From contig JANINS010000001.1 of NCBI GenBank assembly GCA_024508725.1, forward strand, positions 55,837 to 119,836: a DNA stretch of 64,000 bases, read 5' to 3'. The translations under genes were made by a program, and so were the position numbers. Each line of letters opens with the position of its first letter. The stretch's first letter is position 1. The notes under the pieces were generated by a model. It made no database searches and had not been told where the DNA came from. It saw only the letters and a program-made list of their open reading frames with translations. This document shows positions 1-10,696 of the stretch, piece by piece. Origin of the DNA: Chitinophagaceae bacterium (GTDB taxonomy: Bacteria; Bacteroidota; Bacteroidia; Chitinophagales; Chitinophagaceae).

Positions 1-1
1 A

Positions 2-2077
2 ACCGACAGCTACCAGTATAAAGTTCAAAACATCAATGGCCAATTCTCGAATGTTGCTACGGTGAATCTTACCGTTGTTGCAGCTTCAGCTTGCAATCCT
101 TCGGCTCCTGAAGTAGAAGATATGATACCTAAACGTGATCTTCGAGGAGCATGGGTATCTACAGTTTCAAATATTGACTGGCCATCATCAAGAACACTTA
201 CTACAGCACAACAACAGGCAGAACTGATCAACATATTAGATACATTGTCGAAGACAGGCATTAATACGGTGTTCCTGCAGGTACGTCCCGAATCTGATGC
301 ACTATACATCTCTTCAATAGAACCATGGTCGTACTGGCTTACCAACTCACAAGGCACAGCACCAAGTCCTTTATGGGATCCATTGGCTTTTGCAATTAAT
401 GAAGCACATGCAAGAGGTATGGAATTGCATGCCTGGATCAATCCTTACAGGGCTAAACAAAGCACTCCTACCCTTGCAGCAAATCATGTTGCTGCATTGC
501 ATCCTGACTGGACGTTTACTGCCGGCACATTAACAATGCTGGATCCGGGCTTACCACAAGTAAGAAATCATCTTACAAATGTTATTACAGATATTGCTAC
601 ACGTTATGATGTTGATGGAATTCATTTCGATGATTACTTCTATCCTTCCAGCAATTTTACAAACGAAGATGCTAATACTTACACCAATAATAACCCTACC
701 AATATTCCTAACATCGCCGACTGGAGAAGAAACAATGTGAATCTGCTGATCGCATCTGTATATGACGCAATCACTTCAGTTAATACAGCACAAAACAAGA
801 ATATAGTTTTTGGTGTGAGTCCGTTTGGTATCTGGAAAAGTGGAACACCAACAGGCATTACAGGACAATCATCTTTTAGTGCCATGTATTGTGATCCTAT
901 TGCATGGTTGCAGGCAGGAAAAGTAGATTATGTTGCCCCGCAGCTTTACTGGAAGATCACCGGTGCACAAGATTATGATGCTTTGAGTAAGTGGTGGAAT
1001 GACCAGGGACTTGCTTACAATCGTTTTATCTATCCGGGTTTGGCACTTTATAAAATGAGTGATGCGAACAACTGGGCTTCGACAGAGATAGAGAACCAGG
1101 TTATTTTAAACCGTAACCAGCAACACGACCAGGTGAAAGGTCAGATCTACTTCAGTACCAAACAGATCATGACAGATGTGAAAGGCATCAAAACATCATT
1201 AAAGAACAACCTGCAGAAATATAGATCATTGATTCCTTCAATGCCCTGGAAAGATGCTGTTTGTCCAAACCCTCCTGTAAATGTTCGCCAGGAAGCTGAC
1301 ACGATACGTTGGAATACTCCTTCAGTAGCAAGTGATGGAGATCTGCCGAAAAAATATGTGGTATATAGATTTGCAAATGCAACTGAAGCAACTACTCATA
1401 TTAATGATGGTTCGAAAATATATGCAGTCGTAAACGGCAACAAGTTAGGAGTGCCGCTGGCTGATGTTGCAGGTAGTTATTTTGCAGTAACATCACTCGA
1501 CAAGAATAATAACGAAAGCGATGCGATCACAGGTATTGTATTACCAGTTACCGGTTTAAATCTTGATGTTACGCTTATTGAGAATAAGGCAATGATCAGG
1601 TGGAATACGATAACTGAAATAAATACTTCCTATTTTGAGGTACAACGTAGCATAGATGGAACAAGCTATAAAACGATCGGCAATATTGCTGCAGCAGGAA
1701 ATAGCAGTGTACCAAAATACTACAGTAGTACAGATCAGCTGAGCGAAAGCGGTACTTACTTCTACCGAATAAAAGTGGTCGATAAAGATGGAAGAAACAG
1801 TTATTCAGAAGTGAGAACAGTGGTATTTAAACTGGCAGCTGATGAAGTTGTTGTAATGCCTAATCCTTTTGTTTCTACGTTCACTATTAGAAATGCAAAG
1901 CAGGTACAGCAGATCGATGTAGTAGATATTTCCGGCAAAAGAGTCATTACAATTACTAATTCCGGTCAGGCTATGATTACTGTAAATGCGGATATCTTAT
2001 CACCGGGAGTTTACATGCTTCGATTAAAGAAAGCTGACGGAACGATTGGTTTTGTAAAAGTGCTGAAAGCAGAATAA
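2..2077 (+). CDS. GHL10 (glycoside hydrolase-like family 10, DUF187-type) protein. The 5' end is cut by the window. The C-terminus carries a T9SS type-A sorting domain.
   Basis: The reading frame is open back to the window edge. The residues before the GTG at position 62 look like the last strands of an Ig-like domain (YQYKVQ...ATVNLTV) rather than a signal peptide. The RGAWVSTVSNIDWPS motif and the H-rich core match GHL10. The tail (PNPFVSTFTIRN...YMLRLKKADGTIGFVKVLK) matches a Por secretion tail. Confidence 0.7.
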   Translation, partial: TDSYQYKVQNINGQFSNVATVNLTVVAASACNPSAPEVEDMIPKRDLRGAWVSTVSNIDWPSSRTLTTAQQQAELINILDTLSKTGINTVFLQVRPESDALYISSIEPWSYWLTNSQGTAPSPLWDPLAFAINEAHARGMELHAWINPYRAKQSTPTLAANHVAALHPDWTFTAGTLTMLDPGLPQVRNHLTNVITDIATRYDVDGIHFDDYFYPSSNFTNEDANTYTNNNPTNIPNIADWRRNNVNLLIASVYDAITSVNTAQNKNIVFGVSPFGIWKSGTPTGITGQSSFSAMYCDPIAWLQAGKVDYVAPQLYWKITGAQDYDALSKWWNDQGLAYNRFIYPGLALYKMSDANNWASTEIENQVILNRNQQHDQVKGQIYFSTKQIMTDVKGIKTSLKNNLQKYRSLIPSMPWKDAVCPNPPVNVRQEADTIRWNTPSVASDGDLPKKYVVYRFANATEATTHINDGSKIYAVVNGNKLGVPLADVAGSYFAVTSLDKNNNESDAITGIVLPVTGLNLDVTLIENKAMIRWNTITEINTSYFEVQRSIDGTSYKTIGNIAAAGNSSVPKYYSSTDQLSESGTYFYRIKVVDKDGRNSYSEVRTVVFKLAADEVVVMPNPFVSTFTIRNAKQVQQIDVVDISGKRVITITNSGQAMITVNADILSPGVYMLRLKKADGTIGFVKVLKAE

Positions 2078-2108
2078 CAGAACTACAGATCATCATTTAA
2101 ATCTATAC

Positions 2109-2147
2109 AAAAAGCCTTGCAGGAAATCTGCAAGGCTTTTGTGTTTC
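2109..2147. terminator. Bidirectional rho-independent terminator between convergent genes
   Basis: Stem AGCCTTGCAG / CTGCAAGGCT with loop GAAAT, flanked by an A-run and a T-run. Confidence 0.7.
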
Positions 2148-2175
2148 ATTCTATTTCGTTTTGAATAATCTCAAA

Positions 2176-4359
2176 TTATTTACTTAAATATTCTACCAGG
2201 TAATCCGTCACTTTTTGATAGAGGTGAGCCCTGTCTTTACCTGTTACATTGTGTTCATGACCCGGATAGATCATATAATCTACCTGCACTCCTTTATCGA
2301 TTGCAGCACGAACAAACCTCACCGAATGTTGTTGCACTACTACAGGATCCTGCAAACCATGGATGAGCAAAAGTTTTCCCTTCAGATTTCCAACCTTTTT
2401 AGTGAGATCTGTTGCAGCATACCCTTCCGGATTTTCCTGTGGTGTATCCATATATCTTTCTCCATACATGATCTCGTAATATCTCCAATCTATAACAGGG
2501 CCTCCTGCTACTGCAGCTTTAAATATTCCGGGATGTGAAAGCATGAAGTTTGTTGTCATGAATCCACCATAACTCCAACCAAACAAACCCATCCGGGATG
2601 TATCAGCATAGCCCAGTCTGGCCAGGTAATTTATTGCCTGCATCATATCATTCATCTGTGCTTCACCGTGTTTACGAAAAATAGATTGTTCGAAAGCTTT
2701 ACCACGATTGCTGCTACCACGGGTATCAATTGAGAAAACGAGGTAACCACGTTCAGCCATATACTGAAACCAATAATCACCTGCACCACCATTATAACCT
2801 GCTGTGATCATTTGTGCATGTGGCCCGCCATACCAATAAACGATCACGGGATATTTACGAGTACTGTCAAAATCAACAGGTTTATACAATCTTCCATAAA
2901 GCGGTAATCCGTCGCTTGTATTGAAAGTAAAAACAGACATTGCACCTCTGCTGTATTCTTTCAATGGATCATCAGCATTGAAAATATTCAAAGATCTTGC
3001 GGTTGTTGTTTCAACAATATTGATTGATCTTGGCTGAGAAGTATTGCTGTAAGTATCGATCAGTGTTTTACCGGTGGTACTGAGAACTGCATTGTGCACA
3101 CCATCAGCAGCAGACAAAGTGGTAATCACATTTGTTTTCAGATTGACCTTGTAAATGTTTTTCGTGATGGGCGATTCTTGTGTAGAGATATAAAACAAAT
3201 GCTCGTTTGCGGCATCAAAACCTTTCACATCAGTAACTTCCCAATCTCCTTTAGTGAGCTGTTTGATCAACTGACCATTTATATTGTAGAGATACAAATG
3301 GTTCCATCCGTCTCTCCTGCTTTGCCAGATGAATTGCGATGGATTATTCTTAACAAACAACATAGGATTGAGTGGCTCTACATATCGATCATCTTTCTCT
3401 TCAAACAGTGTTTTTACAAAAGCACCTGTTGCTGCATCGTATTGATTTAGCTTCATATGATTTTGAGCCCTGTTAAGCACAGCGATAAACACATATTTAT
3501 CATCAGGGCTCCAGGCAATATTTGTCAAATACTGATCAACAGGTTCTCCTGTTTTGAGATAAAGAAGTTGTTTGTTCTGTGTATTGTATATTCCTACTGT
3601 TACCTGGTGACTACTATCTCCGGCCATTGGATATTTAATGTTTACATTTTTTGCCGGTGTTTGCGTCCAATCGATAATGGGATAATCCTTTACCATTGTT
3701 TGATCCATTCGATAGAAGGCTAGCAGCTTACCATTATTACTCCAGAAAGTTCCTTTACTGATACCAAACTCATCACGATGCACAGAAGATGCATACACGA
3801 TATTTTCGCTTCCATCATTTGTGATCTTGATTTGTTGATCATCATTACTGATATACAGATCATGATCCTGTACATAAGCAATATAACCAGCCGAACTTTC
3901 TTCTACATGCTGCCTGGAAGCTATTGCTTTAGGAATGATCACTCTTACTTTATTTGTCTTTGGGTCAAGGGCAATCTTCTCTCCTTTTAACATCATGATC
4001 CAATCAGCCGACTGGTCAAATCTTATCGCAGGCATCGAAGTAAAGGTATCCCGACTTGCAAGCTTCAGCTTTTCATTCAAGCTTAGCAGGCTGAGAAATG
4101 GAATTTCATTTTGCGTAAGAGAAGCTTTCTTTCCTGCCTTATTCAACGAACCTTTGATCCATCCATTGAATTTTCCAGCGCTTCCATCAGAAAGAAAAAC
4201 GTAATCTTCTGATCCATAAATGAACTGCAATTGCTTTAAAGTAGCAGGTGCAAGAGTAGTTCTGTTCTTAACCATTGCATCTTCAATGGTCAACATTTTT
4301 GTTTGAGCAATGGCAGGACTAACAGCAGTGATCATTAATAACAACATCAAACGCTTCAT
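2176..4359 (-). CDS. S9 family serine peptidase, dipeptidyl-peptidase IV-like
   Basis: Has a signal peptide. The N-terminal part resembles the DPP-IV beta-propeller region. The C-terminal part is a prolyl oligopeptidase alpha/beta hydrolase domain with the GWSYGG nucleophile motif, an Asp and a His. Confidence 0.85.
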   Translation of the reverse strand: MKRLMLLLMITAVSPAIAQTKMLTIEDAMVKNRTTLAPATLKQLQFIYGSEDYVFLSDGSAGKFNGWIKGSLNKAGKKASLTQNEIPFLSLLSLNEKLKLASRDTFTSMPAIRFDQSADWIMMLKGEKIALDPKTNKVRVIIPKAIASRQHVEESSAGYIAYVQDHDLYISNDDQQIKITNDGSENIVYASSVHRDEFGISKGTFWSNNGKLLAFYRMDQTMVKDYPIIDWTQTPAKNVNIKYPMAGDSSHQVTVGIYNTQNKQLLYLKTGEPVDQYLTNIAWSPDDKYVFIAVLNRAQNHMKLNQYDAATGAFVKTLFEEKDDRYVEPLNPMLFVKNNPSQFIWQSRRDGWNHLYLYNINGQLIKQLTKGDWEVTDVKGFDAANEHLFYISTQESPITKNIYKVNLKTNVITTLSAADGVHNAVLSTTGKTLIDTYSNTSQPRSINIVETTTARSLNIFNADDPLKEYSRGAMSVFTFNTSDGLPLYGRLYKPVDFDSTRKYPVIVYWYGGPHAQMITAGYNGGAGDYWFQYMAERGYLVFSIDTRGSSNRGKAFEQSIFRKHGEAQMNDMMQAINYLARLGYADTSRMGLFGWSYGGFMTTNFMLSHPGIFKAAVAGGPVIDWRYYEIMYGERYMDTPQENPEGYAATDLTKKVGNLKGKLLLIHGLQDPVVVQQHSVRFVRAAIDKGVQVDYMIYPGHEHNVTGKDRAHLYQKVTDYLVEYLSK

Positions 4360-4503
4360 ACAAATGGAATTTGAAGCTTGTAAGATGCTGATTTTTTTGC
4401 ATCACTGCAAGGGAAACCTGGTTAGCGGTGTTTCCTTTTACAAATTCATTAGGGCTTTATATTAACTATTAACGTTCATATAAAACAGAATTAGGGCTGC
4501 CAT

Positions 4504-4908
4504 TCAGCAACCCTTTCTTTGAAGCCATGGATCAGTAAACAGTAGACCGGTTACAGGTTTACCCGGAACAAACGCTTTCCACTTGATGTGATTGAAGAAC
4601 CTGTTCCTGGCAATGCGATGATAACGTTGTAGTCCAAGACGTTGTTCACAAGGTTGTTTGGTATGATAGATCGTTTCACCACCGGTAAATACTGATATTA
4701 CTCCGTCCTGCCAGTTGCTGGTGGTTACGATCTTATGCACCTGGCCAGAGATCCTGTCGAGCCAGGCTGTTTCGGCTATCCATGCATTGCCTTCGCATTT
4801 ATAATAGAATAGTGCGTCTTTAATTCCTGTTTTCTTACAAGCATATACATTGAGTAAGAATAATGCTGCGGCCAGCAGCATGACAAGCAATAGGAAGATC
4901 ATAAGCAT
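4504..4908 (-). CDS. hypothetical membrane-anchored protein
   Basis: N-terminal hydrophobic helix followed by a Cys-containing soluble domain. No recognisable family. Confidence 0.35.
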   Translation of the reverse strand: MLMIFLLLVMLLAAALFLLNVYACKKTGIKDALFYYKCEGNAWIAETAWLDRISGQVHKIVTTSNWQDGVISVFTGGETIYHTKQPCEQRLGLQRYHRIARNRFFNHIKWKAFVPGKPVTGLLFTDPWLQRKGC

Positions 4909-5023
4909 TGGTTTTTAGTCAGGCAAATGATAAACGTTACTGACAAGAATCCTAATGCGTTTCTTATTTCGAATGTCTTACAGGGACAGCCATTGATCTT
5001 TTATAAGCGTATTCTCAATAGTA

Positions 5024-5054
5024 ACAAAAAAGACCGCTCATTTGAGACGGTCTT
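5024..5054 (-). terminator. rho-independent terminator at the end of the PUL operon, after GH3
   Basis: On the minus strand the hairpin AGACCG...CGGTCT is followed by TTTTTTG. Confidence 0.55.
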
Positions 5055-5073
5055 TACACTTGACTTAAAAAGG

Positions 5074-7344
5074 CTATTTCAATATAAAGCTTGCTTTGTT
5101 CGAAGCATCACTACTTCCTCCAATATAAATAGTAAATCTTCCTGGCTCACTGACCCATTTGAGATCTGAGTTGAAGAACCTGAGTTCTTCGTTAGTAATA
5201 TTGAATGTTACTTGTTTACTCTCACCTTTTTTTAGAAATATCTTTTGAAATCCTTTGAGTTTTTTTACTGGCTGAGTAACTGAAGCTACTTCATCCCACA
5301 CATATAATTGTACAACTTCTTCGCCATCGTAGTTGCCGGAATTGGTTACTGTAACAGTAGCCCTGATGGTTTTGTTTGCTGAGGTAACTGTGTCTGATAA
5401 ACTGATGTTGCTATAATTGAAATTTGTATAACTCAATCCATATCCAAATGGATACAGCGGTGAATTATCTATGTCGAGATAGTTTGATCTGAACTTATCT
5501 TTCTTTCCCGGATCCTGCGGACGACCTGTATTCTTGTAGTTATAATAAACGGGAATTTGTCCAACACTTCTTGGAAAGCTCATTGTTAATTTACCTGAAG
5601 GATTATAATTTCCAAACAATACATCAGCAATTGCATTACCTGTTTCATGTCCTAAGAACCAGGCTTGCAGCAATGAAGTGGCAAGCTGACTTTCTTTTGC
5701 TATAGTTAATGGTCTTCCACTCATTAACACGACCACCAAAGGTTTACCTGTTTGCTTCAACGCTTCCAATAATCTTGTTTGATTGGAAGGCAGACTAATA
5801 TCTGAGCGACTTGCAGCTTCACCACTCATCTCTGAAGCCTCACCTACTACAGCAACAATCACATCTGCTTTGGCAGCAGTTTCAACCGCTTGTTGCAATA
5901 ACTGATCAGGAGATAAAGGATCTATATCCACTTTCTCTCCAAAAACATTCGCCATTTTTGCGAGATCAGCATCGTCAGTAATATTGGCACCTTTCGCATA
6001 CAAAATATTGGCGCTGCTACCTACGGCATTTTTTATTCCTTCCAGCACAGGAACTGAATATTTCGAATCTCCACTTACAGCCCAGGTACCCACCATATTG
6101 CTTTTGTTATTCGCCAGCGGACCGATCAAAGCAATTGTACCGTTCATTTTCAACGGCAATGTTTGATTTTCGTTCTTCAGTAATACAACTGAACGTACTG
6201 CAGCATCTCTCGAAACCTGTCTCTTATCAGCACTCAATACTTCTTTTGCTGCACGAACAGAGTCGATGTAACGATAAGGATTATTGAACAATCCGAGTTT
6301 ATACTTTGCTTCCAATATTCTGCGGCATGCATCATCGATCATTTGCAATGTGATCTTTCCTTCTTTCAAAGACTGCTTCAGCGTAGTTAAAAAACCCTCA
6401 CCTACCATGTCCATATCTGTACCTGCTCTTAAAGCCATTGCAGATACTTGTTTCAGATCACCAGATCCATGATGGATCATTTCGTTGATAGCTGTATAAT
6501 CGGTCACCACAAAACCTTTGAAACCCCATTGCTTTCTCAACAGATCGGTCAATAACCATTTGTTACCGGTTGCTGGAATTCCATCAATCTCATTGAACGA
6601 TGTCATTGCACTTGCAACACCTGCATCAACTGCAGCTTTATAAGGTGGTAAATAATATTCATACATTTTCACCTTACTCATGTCTGTGGTGTTGTAATCT
6701 CTTCCACCTTCTGCTGCACCATACAAAGCAAAATGTTTTACACAAGCAAGCAGGTTGGTACTGTCTTTAAGATTACCCTGGTACCCGATCACCATTGCTT
6801 TAGCGATCTGCGAACCGAGATAGGGATCTTCACCAGCACCTTCTGCAACTCTTCCCCATCTTGGATCACGGGCAATGTCAACCATTGGAGAAAATGTCCA
6901 GCTAAGTCCATCCGCAGATGCTTCGATCGCTGCTGTTCTTGCTGTTTTTTGAATCATGTTCATATCCCAGCTACATGACAAAGCCAGCGGAATAGGAAAT
7001 GTGGTTTTGTATCCATGAATCACATCAGAACCAAAGAAGAGTGGAATTTTCAACCTGCTATTACTCATGTTCAGTTGTTGCACACGCCTGATGTTGTCAA
7101 CGCCGATCGTTCCAAACATGGCTCCTACACTTCCCGTTTTGATCTTTGATTCTACATCGCTGTTCACTACAGCTCCTGTAGCAATTCCGCCTCCTGGCGT
7201 AAGCAAATTCAGTTGGCCGATCTTTTCGTCCAAAGTCATTTTCTTCATCAATGCATCTACAAAAGATTTCATCTTAGCATCTGTTTGAGAGAATGCACTA
7301 AAAGAGATCAGCATCATCCATCCAATAAAGATCTTTCTCATCAT
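5074..7344 (-). CDS. GH3 family beta-glucosidase (periplasmic BglX-like)
   Basis: GH3 N- and C-terminal domains plus a C-terminal FN3-like domain. The start is set at the internal MMRKIF... because a signal peptide (IGWMMLISFSAFSQ) follows it. The six-frame ORF extends to 7464. Confidence 0.85.
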   Translation of the reverse strand: MMRKIFIGWMMLISFSAFSQTDAKMKSFVDALMKKMTLDEKIGQLNLLTPGGGIATGAVVNSDVESKIKTGSVGAMFGTIGVDNIRRVQQLNMSNSRLKIPLFFGSDVIHGYKTTFPIPLALSCSWDMNMIQKTARTAAIEASADGLSWTFSPMVDIARDPRWGRVAEGAGEDPYLGSQIAKAMVIGYQGNLKDSTNLLACVKHFALYGAAEGGRDYNTTDMSKVKMYEYYLPPYKAAVDAGVASAMTSFNEIDGIPATGNKWLLTDLLRKQWGFKGFVVTDYTAINEMIHHGSGDLKQVSAMALRAGTDMDMVGEGFLTTLKQSLKEGKITLQMIDDACRRILEAKYKLGLFNNPYRYIDSVRAAKEVLSADKRQVSRDAAVRSVVLLKNENQTLPLKMNGTIALIGPLANNKSNMVGTWAVSGDSKYSVPVLEGIKNAVGSSANILYAKGANITDDADLAKMANVFGEKVDIDPLSPDQLLQQAVETAAKADVIVAVVGEASEMSGEAASRSDISLPSNQTRLLEALKQTGKPLVVVLMSGRPLTIAKESQLATSLLQAWFLGHETGNAIADVLFGNYNPSGKLTMSFPRSVGQIPVYYNYKNTGRPQDPGKKDKFRSNYLDIDNSPLYPFGYGLSYTNFNYSNISLSDTVTSANKTIRATVTVTNSGNYDGEEVVQLYVWDEVASVTQPVKKLKGFQKIFLKKGESKQVTFNITNEELRFFNSDLKWVSEPGRFTIYIGGSSDASNKASFILK

Positions 7345-7391
7345 GATATGTATTTTTATGAAGTCACCAATTCGTTCTTTGATCAACAACT

Positions 7392-7430
7392 GTTGCGTCG
7401 CATTTATCACGTCTTTTAGCGTGGCACTTC
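7392..7430. repeat. long form (~39 bp) of the recurring intergenic element GTTGCGTCGCA[TTTATCACGTCTTTTAGCGTG]GCACTTC
   Basis: The sequence matches the copy at 51858..51898 and contains the 20-bp short-form core. Confidence 0.6.
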
Positions 7431-7488
7431 GGCTGCTGAAGCTATATTCTGCAATGAGCAGCAATATCTTTTCAGCTTATTGACTTAC

Positions 7489-8151
7489 TCATCTTTTCTT
7501 TAAAAATGGTTTTAATATTCTTTGCCATATCGCATAGCCCGTTTTATTCATGTGCAATCTGTCTTCAACAAATATGTCTTTCCTGATCTTTCCCTGTTCC
7601 GTAAGCATAGCAGAATAAACATCTGCAAATTGTGTCTTTTGTTCACCTTGCAGAAACATCCTGATCTGTTCATTAGCTGCTGCCATCTTCTCTTGTAAAT
7701 GAACTCTTGAAGGACTTGGTTTAATCGACACAAAAACAAATGGAACAGATGGATATTTATCCCTGATCAATTTGTATAAAGTAATAAATCTTGCAGTTAC
7801 TATCTCACTTGTAACCGTATCGCTTACAGCAAAATCATTCTCACCACAATACAAAACAATCTGCCTTGGCTGATAAGCATATATCACCTCGTATCGATAA
7901 CGAATTACATCAAGCAATGTAGCACCACCAAAAGCCCTGTTGAGGATTTTATAACCTGGGAAATCAGCATTCACATCCTTCCACAACCTGAAAGAAGAAC
8001 TGCCAATGAACAGCACCTGGTTTTTCTCAGGGAAATGCAGGCTATCGCTGGTTTTGAACGCTTGTATCTCATTCCAATATGGAAGACCAGGCTGTGCACT
8101 GCATAGATTGGCACACAAACTAAACAGTAATATATAAAACAGCTTATTCAA
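7489..8151 (-). CDS. SGNH/GDSL-type hydrolase (putative carbohydrate esterase)
   Basis: Has a signal peptide and the FIGSSS block-I motif with the catalytic Ser. Overlaps the upstream GH43 by 8 nt. Confidence 0.65.
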   Translation of the reverse strand: MNKLFYILLFSLCANLCSAQPGLPYWNEIQAFKTSDSLHFPEKNQVLFIGSSSFRLWKDVNADFPGYKILNRAFGGATLLDVIRYRYEVIYAYQPRQIVLYCGENDFAVSDTVTSEIVTARFITLYKLIRDKYPSVPFVFVSIKPSPSRVHLQEKMAAANEQIRMFLQGEQKTQFADVYSAMLTEQGKIRKDIFVEDRLHMNKTGYAIWQRILKPFLKKR

Positions 8152-9916
8152 CTTTTATCGTTTTATTTCTTTCACTTACACCATTCTCATTCACAGCTTC
8201 AATAGCGTAATAATATGTCTTCTGGCTATCCATGGCTTTCATCCAATATTCATTGTTAGAGTGAACCATGATGCAGGTGTAGAGTTTATCAGGATGCGTT
8301 CCGTAATAAATATTGTAAGCAAAAGCATCATCAACAGGTTTCCATTTTATAAAAGCACTGCGTTTATCTTTTTCTGTACGCAACACAATGAAGTTCTCAA
8401 CGCTTCCCGGTTTTTTTCCATTACCGTTCCCAAACACACGAAAACCGCTGATGGCAAATTTTCCTGTAGGCATGTGAATGTTCTCTAACTTGATATACCT
8501 GGCTTGTACAGGCTTACTCAGTTCAACATAATCATGCGGAACATCTTTCCGGTTATTGCTTTTATCAACGAGGATATTCCACTTCTTTCCATCAACAGAA
8601 TAGTATAATTTATATTGATGGTATTGATCGTTGTACTTCCCCAACCTGTTACTGTCAACATCCTGATCGGCATAATTGATTTGTACCGCATTTACCGTAG
8701 AAGTATTACCGAGATCTGTTTGTATCCATTCACCGGCATTTCCTGTTGCTGCACTCCAGTAAGTTTTGGTGAGTTCATCAAAAGCGTTGTTTGGAAGATA
8801 ACCCCCTAAAGTAGATGATACCTGCACTGGTTTGTTATAATTGAGCAACATCCACCCTGTAAAATATTTTGACTGCCTGTATTCGGCAGGTTTCGATTTA
8901 TCTACTGCAGAAGGAACATAATGTGGGTAATCACCAAATGCAGTATTACACCACATGGTTCCATCTTTATCAAAGCCGGAAGGCCACATGGCTATTCTTC
9001 TTTCAAAAGTATTTTTGACTGAAACAACTGTTGTGGCAACATGCCACCAGTTATTATCATTGTCGATGAATGTTGCACCATGACCAGCACCTCTAACATA
9101 TCCACCGAGTTTCATGCTCAAGGGATCAGACATTGGCTCAAACGGTCCAAGCGGGTCATCACCAACCAAAACACCATCTGCATATCCACTAAACTCTGTT
9201 CCGGGTGCTCCATATTGCAGATAATACTTGCCGTTGTATTTCGTCATGTGTGATCCTTCGATAAAAGGATCCAGAAAAGTATTGTCCATGTGTTCACCAA
9301 AACGTTGCCATCCAAATCTCCATGGCTCCAGCAAATACATTTCTTTTCTTGTTCCGATGGGTTGCAATGTTTTACGGTTCAGCTCAATTCCATACATCGG
9401 GAATTTGTTGCTACTGCCGTTATACATGTACAATCTTCCATTATCATCAGTAAAGAAAGATGGATCCCAACCTCCGATCTCGAATGAATCTACCAAAGGT
9501 TTCCATTCATTCGCTTTTGGGTTTGTACTCATCCAGATAGTGAACTTACTTGTATATGTAGAACCAAACACCAGCATGGTATCGCCGATAATTCCTACAG
9601 CAGGTGCACAGAGTTCATCATAGCCTTCATTCCACGGACGCAAAAATTTCTTTGAAACAAAATTCCAGTTCAGCAGGTCATTACTCCACCAATAACCCCA
9701 TTGATTTGTACTGAAGAGATAATAATCGCCTTTATAATTTACAATCACCGGATCTGCTGTTGCTCTGTGCCGTCCCCATTCAGAAAAATTGGGAATAGGT
9801 GTATAGCCATAATCAATGTTCAGCGGATTGCAATATGTTCTCTGCTGGCCCTGCACTCGTGTTGCTGCAAGTAATAAACATATAATTACAAATGGAATAA
9901 TTCGCTTCATCTTCAT
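8144..9916 (-). CDS. GH43 family glycoside hydrolase with a C-terminal F5/8-type C (CBM32-like) domain and an FN3-like domain
   Basis: Has a signal peptide. The five-bladed propeller GH43 motifs include ADPVIV..GDYYLFST. The discoidin-like domain has the pattern W.S...GNAGEWIQTDLG. Confidence 0.8.
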   Translation of the reverse strand: MKMKRIIPFVIICLLLAATRVQGQQRTYCNPLNIDYGYTPIPNFSEWGRHRATADPVIVNYKGDYYLFSTNQWGYWWSNDLLNWNFVSKKFLRPWNEGYDELCAPAVGIIGDTMLVFGSTYTSKFTIWMSTNPKANEWKPLVDSFEIGGWDPSFFTDDNGRLYMYNGSSNKFPMYGIELNRKTLQPIGTRKEMYLLEPWRFGWQRFGEHMDNTFLDPFIEGSHMTKYNGKYYLQYGAPGTEFSGYADGVLVGDDPLGPFEPMSDPLSMKLGGYVRGAGHGATFIDNDNNWWHVATTVVSVKNTFERRIAMWPSGFDKDGTMWCNTAFGDYPHYVPSAVDKSKPAEYRQSKYFTGWMLLNYNKPVQVSSTLGGYLPNNAFDELTKTYWSAATGNAGEWIQTDLGNTSTVNAVQINYADQDVDSNRLGKYNDQYHQYKLYYSVDGKKWNILVDKSNNRKDVPHDYVELSKPVQARYIKLENIHMPTGKFAISGFRVFGNGNGKKPGSVENFIVLRTEKDKRSAFIKWKPVDDAFAYNIYYGTHPDKLYTCIMVHSNNEYWMKAMDSQKTYYYAIEAVNENGVSERNKTIKVE

Positions 9917-10695
9917 TTATGTTGTGCAAATAACCAACTAAGTAATTCTTTTTCAGCAAAAGCCGGATCCCAACTATTGTGATTTGCATCCGGATATAAA
10001 GTAAGTTTTACATTACCTCCCTTATCCTGAATGGCAGCTGCCATTGTTTTGCTGAACTCAGGCAATACAACATCATCTTTCAATCCATGGAATATCCACC
10101 AGTTTGTTTTGATGAGTTTTTTTGCAGTAGCAGGTTCACCTCCACCACAAATAGGAAAAGCAGCAGCAAAGAGTTTCGGCTTTCTTGCAACGAGTTCAAA
10201 TGTTCCCATGCCTCCCATAGAAAGTCCGCCAACATAAAATTGCTTCTTATTGAGTTTGTAGTTTTGTTGTAACTGCTCAATAAGACCAAGCAATAATTTC
10301 ATTGCTACAGTTGGTTGCTCATTCATTGAGAAGTTGAAGCCCACACGTTTCTTTGTTGAATCGTACACAAACTTTACATTACTCCAGAAACTCGAATCGC
10401 TGCACTGGGGAAATACGATTATTGCAGGATATTTTTTCCGGATACTATCTCTCAGAAATAAAGCAGAACCATGAACCAATTGCTTTTCATTATCTCTTCC
10501 TCTTTCGCCACTACCATGCAGGAAAAGAATCAACGGATATTTTTTTGAAGGGTCATAATTTTCAGGCAATAACAAGCGATAAGGCATAGTATCATTACCA
10601 CTAATAAAAACATGTTTCTCGTACAATGATCGATCCTGTGCAAAAGACAAGCGACTTAAAAAAAGTACGACTATAAACAAGAATAACTTCTTCAT
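9913..10695 (-). CDS. alpha/beta-hydrolase esterase (CE1 / phospholipase-carboxylesterase-like)
   Basis: Has a signal peptide. LFLHGSGERG precedes the nucleophile elbow GLSMGG. A 4-nt ATGA overlap links it to the downstream GH43. Confidence 0.7.
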   Translation of the reverse strand: MKKLFLFIVVLFLSRLSFAQDRSLYEKHVFISGNDTMPYRLLLPENYDPSKKYPLILFLHGSGERGRDNEKQLVHGSALFLRDSIRKKYPAIIVFPQCSDSSFWSNVKFVYDSTKKRVGFNFSMNEQPTVAMKLLLGLIEQLQQNYKLNKKQFYVGGLSMGGMGTFELVARKPKLFAAAFPICGGGEPATAKKLIKTNWWIFHGLKDDVVLPEFSKTMAAAIQDKGGNVKLTLYPDANHNSWDPAFAEKELLSWLFAQHK

Positions 10696-10696
10696 A

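Noticed and set aside
2215-4204. Five plus-strand ORFs of 70-118 aa (2215..2538, 3094..3450, 3457..3723, 3778..3990, 3935..4204) lying inside the DPP-IV gene
   Set aside because: All are antisense to a well-supported 727-aa peptidase gene, show low-complexity hydrophobic translations and have no homology. They are shadow ORFs.
4405-4440. Hairpin GGAAAC..GTTTCC followed by TTTTAC
   Set aside because: It is oriented as a plus-strand terminator but no plus-strand gene precedes it. It is probably fortuitous or part of the DPP-IV promoter region.
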